Source: Acidobacteriota bacterium (GTDB lineage Bacteria > Acidobacteriota > UBA890 > WLXD01). From it: a stretch of DNA of 64,000 nt. The first letter of the stretch is position 1; every line of letters begins with the position of its first letter. The translations under genes and the position numbers were made by a program. This document shows positions 30,432-42,052 of the stretch, piece by piece. The notes beneath the pieces are model-generated. The model was not told where the DNA came from and ran no database searches. It worked only from the letters and a program-made list of their open reading frames with translations. Location: the NCBI GenBank assembly GCA_963666055.2, contig CAXWPH010000013.1:15406-79405 (forward strand), in the 5' to 3' direction.

Positions 30432-33155
30432 CTACCGGTCCGTCGGCACGAGCCGCTTCAGCTCCTCGAACCAGTTGGTGACCAGCGTCACATGGCCGCT
30501 GCCGGTCTGGCTCTGGCCGGCGTCGGGGAACATCACGAATTGCTGACCGTCGCCCGTCACGTCGTAGTCGGCATAACAACATCCACTGTTGATAGTCATT
30601 CCGTCTGGCCCGCCAAGAAAACTCCCCTCGAAAAGCTGCTCGGCTCTGCTGTAGGTGAAGGAATCACCTTCCGTCTCTACAGCAACCACCATGATCCCTG
30701 TATCGGTGCGGTAGAACAGCTCCCGACCGTCGGCTGACCATCTGGGCTGGCCGCCACCGCTGCTGGAGAGCTGCCACTTGCCCGGTCCAGGAGGATAGGG
30801 CCGGACATAGACTTCATTGCTTCCCGACTCGTAGGAGTCGTAAGCGATCCAGCGACCGTCCGGTGAGAAAGCCGACCACGCGTCGGTAGCATCGGTATTC
30901 ACAAAGACCTCCGGCTCCCGATCCTCCTCAAGCGGCAACACCAAAATGTCCCAGCCGGTCGTCTGTGGGTGATTCTCGCCGTATACGAGAAACCTGCCAT
31001 CCGCAGACCACGAATACAGCCACTGTCCCCTGTCGCTCTCTGTCAGCCGCTCCACAGTTCCCGATCCGTCGGCACGAGTCCGATAGATGTTCGTCGCTCC
31101 GTCGCGGTTCGACATGAATGCGAGAAACTGCCCGTCCGGTGACCAAACAGGTTCGTCGTCGTTCGCTTCATCAAACGTCAGCCTTGTCGGCACACCCCGC
31201 TGGATGTCATAGATCCATACGTCAGCGTTTTCGTTGACCAAGGCGCGCACGGCTAGCCGTGTGCCGCCCGGCGACAACCGAGGAGAACTGTAGGAGCCAG
31301 GCTCATCCCACAGCGGTGTCGCGTTGCCCTGCCGGTCTACCCATGCGACGGGATATGCCTCCTGAAGAACGGCCTCGCTCAGATACGCCAGCATTCCTGT
31401 ACTTGAGAAGCTGAACTGTGCGACAACCCCCCCCCAACCAAAGGTGGCAAGCCCCTGCACGATGGGTACCGGCTAGCCCTTCACCTCCAGCTCTCCCAGA
31501 TCAAACGCGACAGCAAACAGGGTTCCCTGGTTGTGATAGACGAGATGCCCCGTAGGTACGTAACGTCCTTGTCCGCCTTGCTGCACGACCCGTCGTTGTC
31601 TCGTCTCTAGATCCAGCACTTCGATGGCAGACGAATACGCTCCTGGCTCCCCGGCCAAGGAGGAGAACAGCACCGACTTGCCGTCAGGCAGCACCTGCGG
31701 GTCGTTGTGCCAGAGTTCCCCTTGATCGAGTTGAGTCAATGGTTCCGGTTCTCCCCCGCTGGCGGACACGCGGGAGAGGCCGGAGAAGGAGCCGATGATG
31801 ATCGTGTCGTCCGCCCCCCAGCTTCCCGTCAGGGTGCCAGAACCGAAGGAACTGATAGTCAGGGGGGTGCCGCCTATGACGGGGACTATCTTCAGTTCCG
31901 CGCCGCTGAAAAAACCTATCCACTGGCCGTCCGGTGAGAAGAATGGTGCCAATACAGAGCCAGAGACCAAGCGAACGCCCGCTAGCTGATCGAGCGAGCG
32001 AACGTATAGCTCCCTTCGGTCTACTCCGATACCCACGATGTAGACGATCTGTGTGCCATCCGGCGATAGGACAACTCCCTCAGAAGCCAAGCTAAGATCA
32101 TCATCGGCCAGCCTCACCTCCAGGTGCATGGGGGACGCAGGTGGCTGATGATTGTGATCTGTCAGGGTCCACGTCAAAAAGGTTGCCGCTGCGGCGATGG
32201 CGACGCCGAGACCGGCTGCCACAGGCATGGGGACGTAACGCCACCAAGACGGCTTTGCAGCCTCACCCGAGCCAACCGTCAGACCGAGGCCACCATCTAG
32301 GTCGTTGATGACGTAGACGATGCCGATTCGCGCATCAGCGATGTCGTGAAGACGGTCACGCGGTTCCTTCGTAAGACACCGGTCGAGAAGTCGTCGTAAT
32401 GCTCTCGGGGTAGCCGCCGGGAGCACTGCCCAGTCCGGCTCCGCCCTGAGAATCGCCGCCATGGTGTCGCTGACTGTCTTACCGTCGAAGGCGCGCTTGC
32501 CCACCAGCATCTCGTACAGCACGCAGCCGAACGACCAGATATCGCTACGCTTATCGACGGGCTCCCCCCGTGCCTGCTCCGGGCTCATGTAGGGAGCCGT
32601 GCCCATGATCACGCCGGTGCCTGTGGCGGCCATCATCGTGGGCGACTGGCTAAGGCCGGACGACGGCTCACTGCCTGCCGCTTCGTAGGCTTTGGCCAGC
32701 CCGAAGTCGAGCACCTTGACGGTGCCATCGGGTGCAACCTGGACGTTGGCGGGCTTCAAATCACGATGGATGACACCAGCCTCGTGAGCGGCTTCCAGTG
32801 CCAGGGCGATCCGTCGGGCGATCTCCAGTGCCTCATCTACGCCGATGCGGCCACTGGACTTGATGCGATCCGCGAGGTTGTCGCCCTCCACCAACTCCAT
32901 GGCGATGAACCGAACACCGTCCGATTCCTCGAAGCCGAAGATCGTGGCGATGTTGGGGTGGTTCAGTGAGGCGAGCAGCTTGGCTTCGCGCTCGAACCGG
33001 GCTAGTCGGTTGGCGTCGCTAGCAAAGTCCTCCGGCAGCACCTTGATGGCGACATCACGATCCAGCGTCGTATCGCGTGCTCGATACACCTGCCCCATGC
33101 CGCCTTCACCGAGCGGGGCGAGGATCTCGTAGTGCCCGAGCGTCTTGCCGATCAT
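30432..33155 (-). pseudogene. Ser/Thr kinase-TM-PD40 protein with an in-frame TAG at 31475-31473
   Basis: ORFs 31473..33155 and 30432..31460 share a frame (GGC TAG CCG GTA CCC ATC GTG; the paralog reads GSPIPV). Confidence 0.88.
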
Positions 33156-35854
33156 CAGGAGCCGCCCGTGGGCACTAGCCGGTTCAATTCCTCAAACCAG
33201 TTGAGCACAACGTTGAGTCGTGTGCTGGGTGCCGCGCCCCCGGTCTCATCACTACCAGCGGGCACCGTCACGAGGAACCTCTGGCCATCGGCGGTGACAT
33301 CGAAGTTGGACAGGGCCTGCATGACGATGTCCGAGACTTCGACAGGGTCGGATGCGGAAAACGACTCCAAATCCACTTCCGCAACGAGGATGCCTGGGCT
33401 GTTCCAGGATTCGTAGTAAATCTCCCTTCCATCCCGCGACCAGCGAGGCCACCAACCACCACGGGTACTCGTAGAGACCGGAAATGTCCGACCGCTCGAT
33501 ACCTCCCGCACGTACACCTCGAATTGCCCGGTCTCGTCGGAATGAAAGGCGAAGAAGCGACCGTCCGGCGAGAAACTGGCCCAAAACTCACTGGCGGCGG
33601 TATCGACGTGTATTTCCGTATCACCTGTATCGAGAGCCAGTATCCCCAGGTCGATCTGATTTTCGGGCCCGCTGCCAAACAGCAGCATCTCACCGTCGTC
33701 CGAGATCGATATCGGGTACACGTCAGCCTCTGTATCCAACACCAGCTCGGCGTCGAGACTCCGGTCAGCCCGGCGCTTGAAGATGTCGTTGTTGCCGCCC
33801 CGATCCGACCTGAAGAAGACCCACTGTCCATCGGGCGACCAAACGGGCACTTCGTTGTTGCCCTCCGTGTTCAGCAGCACCTGGCTGCCCCCTCGTTCGA
33901 TCTCGTAGATCCAGATGTCCCAGTCCCCATCATTTCCCTGGATTTGGAGCGCGATGCGCTGGTCATCCGGCGAGAGGCCCAAGTACTGAGACCGACGGGG
34001 CTCGAAGGGCAGCGGCTCGACTTGGCCGTCACGATCCACCCAGACGAGTAGGGAACTGCCCGAAGCGCCGCCATTCCTCATGTGATAGACGAGCATCCCG
34101 GTCTCGGAGAAGTCGAACGAGACCCCGCCTTCAACGTCGGCGGCGAGGTTCTCGACCACGGGTATCGGCGAGCCGGTCGTCTCCAGGGTATCGAGGTCGA
34201 AGGGCACCGCGAACAACGCTCCGGCGTTTGAATACACCAGATGGCCCGTTGGCACGTATCGGCCGTAGGTGCCGCCCTGGTGCACGACCTGGCGCTCGCC
34301 GGTCTCGAGATCTACGACCTCGAGGTTGGCCCTGTCGAAACCTCCGGTCTCGGTCGAAGTGAATAGCACTGCCTTTCCGCCGGGTAAGAACTGGGGCCAG
34401 CGGTGGCTGCGCTCGCCCTCTGAAAGCTCGGTGAGCAGTCCCGGCTCACCTTCGACAGCCGACACGAGAAACAGGCCGCTGTTGACGTTGGGTGTGAAGA
34501 CGATCGTATCGTCGGGCCCCCAATCCGCACCTCGGCTCCTGTCCACCGGCGCGATCGACTGCGGGGTGCCTCCAGTTACGGACGCCTTTTTCAGCTCCGA
34601 AATGGTGACGAACCCTACCCACTGCCCGTCGGGCGAGAAGAAGGGATGGTACGGCGCACCCAGGATGGTTGCCGAGGACGCGAGTGTCGTCGAGTCCTGC
34701 TGGTCGAGAGCGCGAAGGTACAGCGTGCTTCCACCGTCCGGGTCACCCTCGACGTAGGCAACGCGCCGTCCATCGGGCGATAGCACGACTGCGGAGCCGG
34801 GCCCACTCAGGATCGTGTCGACGAGGGGGTCGAGCTGCAGGCGGATGGTGTTTCCGGGCTCCGGTTGCATTGCCCACCAGGTGGCAAGAACCGCCAGAAG
34901 GGCGCTGGCCACAGCTATCGGGACGCCCAGCTTCCACGAGATGCCGCGTGTCGTTTCCACGGCGACAGGGGGTGTCGGAAGCGCCGCTCCTGACTCCACG
35001 TCTGTACCGAGCGCCTGTATGTCGACGACCAGATCGCCGGCTGTCTGGTAACGCTTGGCCGGCTCCTTCGCGAGTGCCTTGCGGACGATCCTCTGCAACT
35101 CTATCGGCAACGACCGGTCGATCTCCCCAATCGCTGGCGGCTCATCGGACAGGATGTGCGCCAAGGTCTCGTGGACGTTCTTCCCGCCGAATGCCTGCCT
35201 GCCCGTGACCATCTCATAGAGCAAACAGCCGAAGGCGAACAGGTCGGCTCGATGGTCGATCTTGTCGGAGCCTTCCACCTGCTCTGGGGCCATGTAGCCG
35301 GCGGTGCCCATCACCTGACCGGCCACCGTGCCCATCATCGTGGGTGATTGAGTTGCACCGCCCGGTGAGCCTGCCGCCACCTCGGTCAGCTTCGCCAGGC
35401 CGAAGTCCAGCACCTTGGCGTGGCCCTCCTTGGTGACGAAGATGTTCTCCGGCTTCAGATCCCGGTGGATGATGCCGGCGGCGTGAGCAGCAGCCAGCGC
35501 CTCGGCGATCTCGGTGGCTAATCCGAGCGCCTTCTTGAGCGGCAGCGCACCCTTGCCCAGCGGCTCCCGAAGTGTGTCTCCCTCCAGGTACTCCTGCACC
35601 ATGAAGTGGGTGTCGCCTTCGGTGCCGATATCGTGAACGACCGCGATGTGCGGGTGGTTCAGCGCGGCGGCAGCGCGGGCCTCCTGCTCGAAGCGGGCCA
35701 GGCGCTCGGGGTCAGAGGCGAACTCGGCGGGCAGCACCTTGATGGCTACCTTGCGACCCAGGCGGGTGTCCTGGGCCAGGTACACCTCTCCCATGCCGCC
35801 CGCACCGAGCTGCTCGGTGATCTCGTAGGGGCCTAGTTTGGTGCCGGGTTCCAT
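33155..35854 (-). CDS. Intact Ser/Thr kinase-TM-PD40/TolB beta-propeller protein
   Basis: 899 aa; all kinase motifs, TM, PD40 repeats, [12 protein letters not shown] tail. Confidence 0.93.
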   Translation of the reverse strand: MEPGTKLGPYEITEQLGAGGMGEVYLAQDTRLGRKVAIKVLPAEFASDPERLARFEQEARAAAALNHPHIAVVHDIGTEGDTHFMVQEYLEGDTLREPLGKGALPLKKALGLATEIAEALAAAHAAGIIHRDLKPENIFVTKEGHAKVLDFGLAKLTEVAAGSPGGATQSPTMMGTVAGQVMGTAGYMAPEQVEGSDKIDHRADLFAFGCLLYEMVTGRQAFGGKNVHETLAHILSDEPPAIGEIDRSLPIELQRIVRKALAKEPAKRYQTAGDLVVDIQALGTDVESGAALPTPPVAVETTRGISWKLGVPIAVASALLAVLATWWAMQPEPGNTIRLQLDPLVDTILSGPGSAVVLSPDGRRVAYVEGDPDGGSTLYLRALDQQDSTTLASSATILGAPYHPFFSPDGQWVGFVTISELKKASVTGGTPQSIAPVDRSRGADWGPDDTIVFTPNVNSGLFLVSAVEGEPGLLTELSEGERSHRWPQFLPGGKAVLFTSTETGGFDRANLEVVDLETGERQVVHQGGTYGRYVPTGHLVYSNAGALFAVPFDLDTLETTGSPIPVVENLAADVEGGVSFDFSETGMLVYHMRNGGASGSSLLVWVDRDGQVEPLPFEPRRSQYLGLSPDDQRIALQIQGNDGDWDIWIYEIERGGSQVLLNTEGNNEVPVWSPDGQWVFFRSDRGGNNDIFKRRADRSLDAELVLDTEADVYPISISDDGEMLLFGSGPENQIDLGILALDTGDTEIHVDTAASEFWASFSPDGRFFAFHSDETGQFEVYVREVSSGRTFPVSTSTRGGWWPRWSRDGREIYYESWNSPGILVAEVDLESFSASDPVEVSDIVMQALSNFDVTADGQRFLVTVPAGSDETGGAAPSTRLNVVLNWFEELNRLVPTGGS

Positions 35855-36025
35855 GGCGCTTCCGATGCGGGGTAGGGGAGTGCCTGAAGCCTATCTCTGG
35901 GGCAGTCGAGGGTCCACGGGGCAGGCAGGATGGCACCTGCTCTCAGACGACCTCCATGCCCACGCCAGGGGGCGGGGGTATCAGGAATCCCGCCGGTCGG
36001 TAACCCGCTCAGAGACGACCCTGAG

Positions 36026-37231
36026 TCATTGCGGGATCTCGCTCGTCGAACACAATATGCTGGCCGCTCTGGGACCAATGGGAATGGTCGGAGCCGGCGC
36101 ACCGAACTGTGACTCAACCCAGATACACACCAGATCGCGTAACACGTCTCTACCGTTATCGCTGTTCGTCAACATGACGATCGCCCGTCGTCTGTGTGGG
36201 GCGGATACGAATAGCGCTCGCCATCCAAAGTTTGATCCACCGTGGTTTGCGCTCCGCACACCCTCGGCTCCCAGCGGGCCGGTCATGTAGCCGAGGCCAC
36301 TTTGTGCGGTGCCGTCATGGATGGAAACAGGTTGGTACATTGAGGCGATGGTCTCGCGTTCGAGGACGCCGCGCCCCGGGGCGGCCCGGTTCGGACCAAC
36401 CATGCTGGCGGCCACGAATCGGGCCAGATCGGTGACAGTCGTGTAGAGACCGGCACCAGCCGTTCCGGCAAAGCGATAGGTCGGATGTGTCTCGCCCGAC
36501 GACCGGTGCGGGGACGCCATCGGGGCGAGTGACTCGTCCCAACCAAATCGGCTACTGGTCATGCCGAGTCGATCGAGAATTTCGCGTTGCATATATTCAG
36601 CGAACGTGGTGCCCGTTACTTCTTCGACAAGCAGCTGGAGTAGTACGAAACCGCCCCCGGAGTAACGGAATCCCTGTCCCGGCTCTTGAATCTGGACAAC
36701 CGGTGATCCCCCGCTGGCATATACGCTACCCGTGTAGTCGCCCAACAGTTTCTGCTTGAGGGTCGGGAGCGGCGCAGGGACTGCAAATCCCGGAATGCTT
36801 GGCATCGACAGACCGGCCGTGTGACTCAGGAGACGGCGCACCGTCACTTCATCACTGTCGAACGCCGAATCCGGGAGGCGCCAACGACTGAGGAACGCGG
36901 CTACCGGCCGGTCGAGATCGAGTTTCCCTTGCTCCACCAGATTCATGACACCCCACGCCGTGACGGTCTTGGAGATCGACCCGGCGTTGAAGATCGTCTC
37001 CGCAGCGATGACGGGATCTTCTGCATCGGCGACTCCGAAGCCTTTCGCCCAAATCGCCGCGCCCTCCTCGACGATCGCAACGGCCGCTCCCACGACATTG
37101 TGGCGCTCCAGCGCATCCGGTATCGCCGCCACGAGTGTCGCTTGGGTGTCCGGTGGATCCTGCACGAAACCCGAGGCCGTTATCGATTGGGGAGACCACA
37201 CCAACCAGAGACCGATAACGAGCGCACTCAA
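36026..37231 (-). CDS. Serine hydrolase, beta-lactamase class C-like
   Basis: SISK (SxxK), LLSHTAG, YSGGG, HGGSN; start uncertain. Confidence 0.85.
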   Translation of the reverse strand: MSALVIGLWLVWSPQSITASGFVQDPPDTQATLVAAIPDALERHNVVGAAVAIVEEGAAIWAKGFGVADAEDPVIAAETIFNAGSISKTVTAWGVMNLVEQGKLDLDRPVAAFLSRWRLPDSAFDSDEVTVRRLLSHTAGLSMPSIPGFAVPAPLPTLKQKLLGDYTGSVYASGGSPVVQIQEPGQGFRYSGGGFVLLQLLVEEVTGTTFAEYMQREILDRLGMTSSRFGWDESLAPMASPHRSSGETHPTYRFAGTAGAGLYTTVTDLARFVAASMVGPNRAAPGRGVLERETIASMYQPVSIHDGTAQSGLGYMTGPLGAEGVRSANHGGSNFGWRALFVSAPHRRRAIVMLTNSDNGRDVLRDLVCIWVESQFGAPAPTIPIGPRAASILCSTSEIPQ

Positions 37232-37297
37232 TCAAAAGACTCCGTATGAACGAGAAACGGGGTTGAGTTTTCATCGGCCACGATCGGATCGTCGCGC

Positions 37298-37948
37298 CTA
37301 TCCGAGGCCCGCAAGGGTTTGCCCTAAACGGATCACCGGCAAGATGAACACCCGTAAGGCGCCGAGCCATATCAGCGCGATCAGGATGAAGAAGCCGTAT
37401 GGCTGTATGGAGCGGTAGAACCGCGCCACCGAGCCGGACAGCGTCGCCGAGAGGATCCACGAGCCGTCCAGCGGCGGAATCGGGATCATGTTGAAGGCGG
37501 CCAGCAGCAAATTGATCAGCAAGGAAGCCACCAGCAACTGCAGGACTGGCAGAAACACGCTTGCTGAGACAAGGCCGACGAGCACTTCCTGGTTGGCACG
37601 CATCAAACGTATCAAGAACACGCAAATCACCGCTAAGAGCACGTTGCTCAGCGGCCCCGCGGCGGCAATCCAGGCGTGATCTCGCTTCGGACGGAGCAGG
37701 TTGGCCGTATTGACCGGCACCGGCTTCGCAGCACCGAACGGTGGCAGCCCGGCGAAGATCATCATGGCCGGGAACAAGATCGTCATTATCGGATCGATAT
37801 GGGCGAGCGGGTTCATGGTCACTCGGCCAAGCATCCGTGCCGTCGGGTCGCCGAGTCGGTCGGCCGACCAGGCGTGCGCCGACTCGTGAAACGAGATCGC
37901 GAACAGCAGCGCGACGATCTGGGTGACGATGAGGCCGGCTCCCTCCAT
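37298..37948 (-). CDS. Site-2 protease (M50 family)
   Basis: HESAH, AGPLSN, FNMIPIPPLDG. Confidence 0.92.
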   Translation of the reverse strand: MEGAGLIVTQIVALLFAISFHESAHAWSADRLGDPTARMLGRVTMNPLAHIDPIMTILFPAMMIFAGLPPFGAAKPVPVNTANLLRPKRDHAWIAAAGPLSNVLLAVICVFLIRLMRANQEVLVGLVSASVFLPVLQLLVASLLINLLLAAFNMIPIPPLDGSWILSATLSGSVARFYRSIQPYGFFILIALIWLGALRVFILPVIRLGQTLAGLG

Positions 37949-38109
37949 AGTGTGATGCTATCCCGCCGGTCTGGTCGGTGCTAGAACGTCGCGGATCGAC
38001 CCGGCGAGGTTGATGCCGACGACCTCGGCCAATTCCGCCTCTGAGGCCCGGCGCACCCCGGCAAGGGACCCGAACCTACGAAGCAAAGCGCGTTGGCGCT
38101 TCGGTCCGA

Positions 38110-38400
38110 GTCGAACCAGTTGATGACCAGCGTCACCGTGCCACTGCTGATCTGGCGTTGGTTAGTGTCAGGGAACATCACGAAACGCTGACCGTCGGCA
38201 GCAACGTCGGCGTCAGAGGCAAACTCGGCAGGCAGCACCTTGATGGCGACATCACGATCCAGCGTCGTATCGCGTGCTCGGTACACCTGCCCCATGCCGC
38301 CTTCACCGAGCGGGGCGAGGATCTCGTAGTGGCCTAGTTTGGTGCCGGGTTCCATGGCGCTCCCGAAGCATGGTGGCTGAGCGCATGAAGCGTATCGTCA
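38110..38400 (-). pseudogene. Collapsed kinase gene: leader plus first ~48 codons joined in frame to ~35 near-terminal codons
   Basis: [10 protein letters not shown]...[11 protein letters not shown]|[14 protein letters not shown]...VTLVINWFD. Confidence 0.88.
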
Positions 38401-38636
38401 GGCCATGCGAAGGTCCACGGGGCGCGAAGCCACCCGCTATACGTCAGTCCGCACATCAGAGATGCTCCGTCGGATCCACGGCGGAGAGCGTCTGGGAGTT
38501 GTCCCGCAGCGAATCCCTTGAGGAGCCCAACGATCGGTGGTTGTATCCAGGCGTCCCGATACTGACCAAGCCAAGAGCCTGACTCGACCAGGGTTATCTC
38601 GGAAATCCCGGGAGGTAGACCGTGGCTGGAGGATCG

Positions 38637-40436
38637 ATGACGGAAACCAGGCCCGGGCTGTGGATCCTTTTGCTGGCGAGCCTGAGCGTATCGGCTTGTC
38701 AGCCGTCAACGCAGGACGCGTCGCCAGGCGATGCTGCCAGCCCTGCCGATTTGGTGCTGCAGGGCGGTAAGTTCTTTACCGTCGACGAAGCCCAGGTCTG
38801 GGCTGAAGCCGTCGCGATCAAGGACGGCAGGTTCGTCTACGTAGGCGACAACGCTGGTGCACAGAGCTTCGTTGGCCCCGATACCGATCGCCATGACCTC
38901 GGCGGCAAGCTGGCAATTCCCGGTCTAGTGGATTCCCATACACACCCAGGTCTGATGGGGCGGGAGACGGCCGGGTTTACCGCGGTCCCCGTGGGTGGTG
39001 GTCCCAGAGGGACGCTGCCCAGGGACGGGAACAAGGAGGAGATCCTCGCTGCGGTGGAGGCGTATGCCCAAGCCAACCTGGACCTTGCCTGGATCGAGAT
39101 GGGTAGCTGGTCCGGGGATCTGAACGGCGTCGCGGGCCCACATAGGAGAGATTTGGATCGCGTCGTACCGGATCGACCAGTGATGTTAGGAAGCGTCCAT
39201 AGCCTTTGGGTCAATTCCGTGGCGCTTGAGATGATGGGGGTCGACAGCACCACACCCGATCCGGTACCCGGTCTTGCATACTTCGTACGAGATGCCGATG
39301 GTGAGCCTACCGGCTGGATCAAGGAATATGCCATCTGGCCCTATGCGCAGCACCTTACTGACGTTGACCTGGAGTCCAACAAGGAGGGTATTGTCACCTT
39401 CTTGGAGTACCTGTCACGCCACGGCGTTACCTCACTCTTTGACGCTGGCAACTTCAACTACCACGATCTCACGTACTCGTTCCTGGCTGAGCTAGAGGCG
39501 GCCGGTCGTCTGCCGGTTCGCTACGAGGGCAGCTATCACATCTTCTTGCCCGATCATGTGCCCGATGCGATCGATGAGCTACAGCGGCTGCGCCGCACCT
39601 ACGGCAGCGAACGTCTACGGTTCAATACCATCATGATTCACTTGGACGGCACCAATGAGATTCGTACCGGCGCGGTGCTCGAGCCGTACAGCGATGACCC
39701 GGGCAACCGGGGCACGACCCTGCTCGACACCGAGGAACTGCGTGACTTCATCGTGCAGCTTCACGAAGCCAGGATCGATCTGCACATGCACATCGTGGGC
39801 GACCGGGGCGTGCGCATCGCACTGGATGCGGTGGAAGCAGCGCGCAGGTCGGTCGACGGCGAACTGTATCCACGCGTCACCCTGTGTGAGCTGGACATCA
39901 TCGATACGGCTGACTACCCCCGTTTCAAACAGCTGGGTGTCATTGCCAACTACACGCCCCAGTGGCACGGCCTGGGAAACCGACTGCCGTTGACCGCCGG
40001 TACCCTTGGCCCCCGCTTCGAAAGAATGTTGCTGGTGCAACCGTTACTGGATGACGGCGCGGTGGTGGCCTTCTCCAGCGGCGTGACATCGTTCAGGGCA
40101 ATGGAGCGGGCCAACCCTTACCTGGGGATGCAGATCGGCCACAACCGCCAATACCATCAACAAGGTGAGGCTGCGCCGATAAGGCTGCCGATGAGCGAAC
40201 GCCTGGACCTGGAGGATCTGGTCCAGGGATATACCTTGAGCGGCGCCTATCAGTTGCGTATGGAGGAGCAGCTTGGCTCAATCGAGGTAGGCAAGCTCGC
40301 CGACCTGGTCGTGTTGGATCGCAACCTGTTCGAAATCGATCGCTACGAGATCCACGAGGTTCGACCCGAAGCGGTCATCATGGACGGCGAGATCATCAGG
40401 GGAAGCTTAGACGGTGGCGCGGAGATGAGGCCATAG
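38637..40436 (+). CDS. Amidohydrolase 3 (YtcJ-like) lipoprotein
   Basis: VSAC lipobox, PGLVDSHTH, HMHIVGD, GSIEVGKLADLVVLD. Confidence 0.88.
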   Translation: MTETRPGLWILLLASLSVSACQPSTQDASPGDAASPADLVLQGGKFFTVDEAQVWAEAVAIKDGRFVYVGDNAGAQSFVGPDTDRHDLGGKLAIPGLVDSHTHPGLMGRETAGFTAVPVGGGPRGTLPRDGNKEEILAAVEAYAQANLDLAWIEMGSWSGDLNGVAGPHRRDLDRVVPDRPVMLGSVHSLWVNSVALEMMGVDSTTPDPVPGLAYFVRDADGEPTGWIKEYAIWPYAQHLTDVDLESNKEGIVTFLEYLSRHGVTSLFDAGNFNYHDLTYSFLAELEAAGRLPVRYEGSYHIFLPDHVPDAIDELQRLRRTYGSERLRFNTIMIHLDGTNEIRTGAVLEPYSDDPGNRGTTLLDTEELRDFIVQLHEARIDLHMHIVGDRGVRIALDAVEAARRSVDGELYPRVTLCELDIIDTADYPRFKQLGVIANYTPQWHGLGNRLPLTAGTLGPRFERMLLVQPLLDDGAVVAFSSGVTSFRAMERANPYLGMQIGHNRQYHQQGEAAPIRLPMSERLDLEDLVQGYTLSGAYQLRMEEQLGSIEVGKLADLVVLDRNLFEIDRYEIHEVRPEAVIMDGEIIRGSLDGGAEMRP

Positions 40437-40524
40437 CGGCAGCTGCGGCTTCGTGCGCGCGTGGGCACAGTTCGGAACGTCACACTAGTCGGGTGACGCT
40501 CCTGCGCGACGATAGCCAACGGCG

Positions 40525-40662
40525 CTACGGGTCCGTCGGCACGAGCCGCTTCAGCTCGTCGAACCAGTTGGTGACCAGCGTCACCATGCCCGTCTGGGTG
40601 TCCTGGCCGGGGTCGGGGAACATCACGAACCGCTGACCGTCACCCGTCACGTCGTAGTCTGA
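40525..40662 (-). repeat. Kinase-family 3' end fragment ([16 protein letters not shown]...[14 protein letters not shown])
   Basis: Closely matches the 3' end of 30432-33155. Confidence 0.9.
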
Positions 40663-40681
40663 CGCGTTCAGACCGGCGACT

Positions 40682-41822
40682 TCACCTCGGCTCCCCCCCC
40701 CCCGCTTCGGCGGTCTCACGTTCCTGCGCCCGCGCCCCGAGAAGCACATTGGACAGCGCGTAGTTGGCTTCGTGGCAGGCGTATTCGTATACCAGATCAG
40801 GCAGTGCCTTGAACGGCACCTGAGCAGTCCATGGCCTCGAGTAGAAGGCGGGATCGTCGATGGTGAACTCGTAGTTGATGGTGTGCTCATCGACGCGCGT
40901 GAGGCGTTCGGTCACCTTGAAATCTTCCGACCCGCCAGCAAAGTTAGTGTTTCCGTTGAGCTGCTGGCGCGGCAGATTTGTCGTCTCCACCACCAGCGTA
41001 TCTCCTTCCCAACGGCCCCACGAGTCGCCCAACCACGGACGGATGTGCGCTGGCAGCGGCGTAGGCTCGCCCAACTTGATGATGCGAGCGTCGTGCACCA
41101 TTTCGGTCATGACCATCACGTGATCGGCGGTCTGAACGATGGTGTAGTTGTTGTTGTAGAAGTAGTTGGGGATCATCGGCGGGCCGGCGTTGGAGCCGAA
41201 CGAAAGTAAGCAGCGCAAGGCAAGCGAGAGATTCTCCGGATTGTCGTAATTCGCCAAACTGGGCCCGCTGTTGCGCCAGCTCGCTGCGCGCCTTTTCTCC
41301 CTCGGGGCTCAACGGTGGGATACGCCCGTCCGGCGGGTCCACCACCAACGAGCTGCGTGGCTCGCCGTTCCAGATCGCCACCCGATCGCCCGGGTCCAAG
41401 TAGAAGATGTTGTAGGCACCGGCTCCCCCGAAGGGCGGATCATAGAGCGCCGAGATCTTATCGTAGAGCGCCGAGGCCTCATTCTCGAGCGAATCGCCCC
41501 AGGGTACCCCCCCCACCGCCGGTGCCTCACGGTCGGGGTCGCTGTCCGCCAAGTGGGTATCGATGAACGTCGCTCGGTCGCCCTCGAGGGCAGCGACTTG
41601 TTCCGGCGCCATCACACGCTCGTATCCCGGCGGACGCTCGATCCGCGTCATCGTCGCGTTGGTCCAGTTACCCTGCAGATCCGGATGGCCGTCGGGTGTC
41701 CGTGGCAGGACCCAGGCCTCGGTGGCGGCGTCCTGTGTCTGCGTCAGGGCCGGCAACGCCAGGCCAAGCGCCAGCACGGCACAAGCGAGGCCCGCTAGCG
41801 CGCTGCGAGTCGCGATCCTCAT
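40682..41822 (-). pseudogene. Secreted hypothetical protein (PDLQGNW...GDSWGRWEGDTLVVET...EYACHE family), frameshift ~41255
   Basis: Two overlapping ORFs join into one recognisable conserved protein. Confidence 0.75.
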
Positions 41823-41834
41823 CTGTTTCCCCTA

Positions 41835-42050
41835 TTAACCAATCGGGTTCTTGCGCAGATGCCCGTACAGTAGCTCCTCGACGAACTCCACGCACTTGAA
41901 CTGACCGAGGCGGGCGTCCGGGTCGATATTGCGGTACAACGGCAGGCGGATCGTCCACGGACGCGAGAACGTCTCGGGATCTTCGATAGTGGCCTCGTAC
42001 CAGATGTCGTCGGGGCTCGCCATCTCGTACCGCTCGGTTACCGTCATCGC
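41835..42050 (-). pseudogene. 3' fragment of a related secreted protein
   Basis: TERY...YEATIEDPETFSRPW; 5' part replaced by a kinase fragment. Confidence 0.65.
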
Positions 42051-42052
42051 CG

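Noticed and set aside
31473-31475. Pyrrolysine/amber recoding of the in-frame TAG in the kinase
   Set aside because: No pyl genes seen; a TCG-to-TAG point change explains it.
20260-40662. Diversity-generating retroelement TR/VR explanation for the repeated kinase tails
   Set aside because: No reverse transcriptase in the window, and the differences between copies are not adenine-specific.
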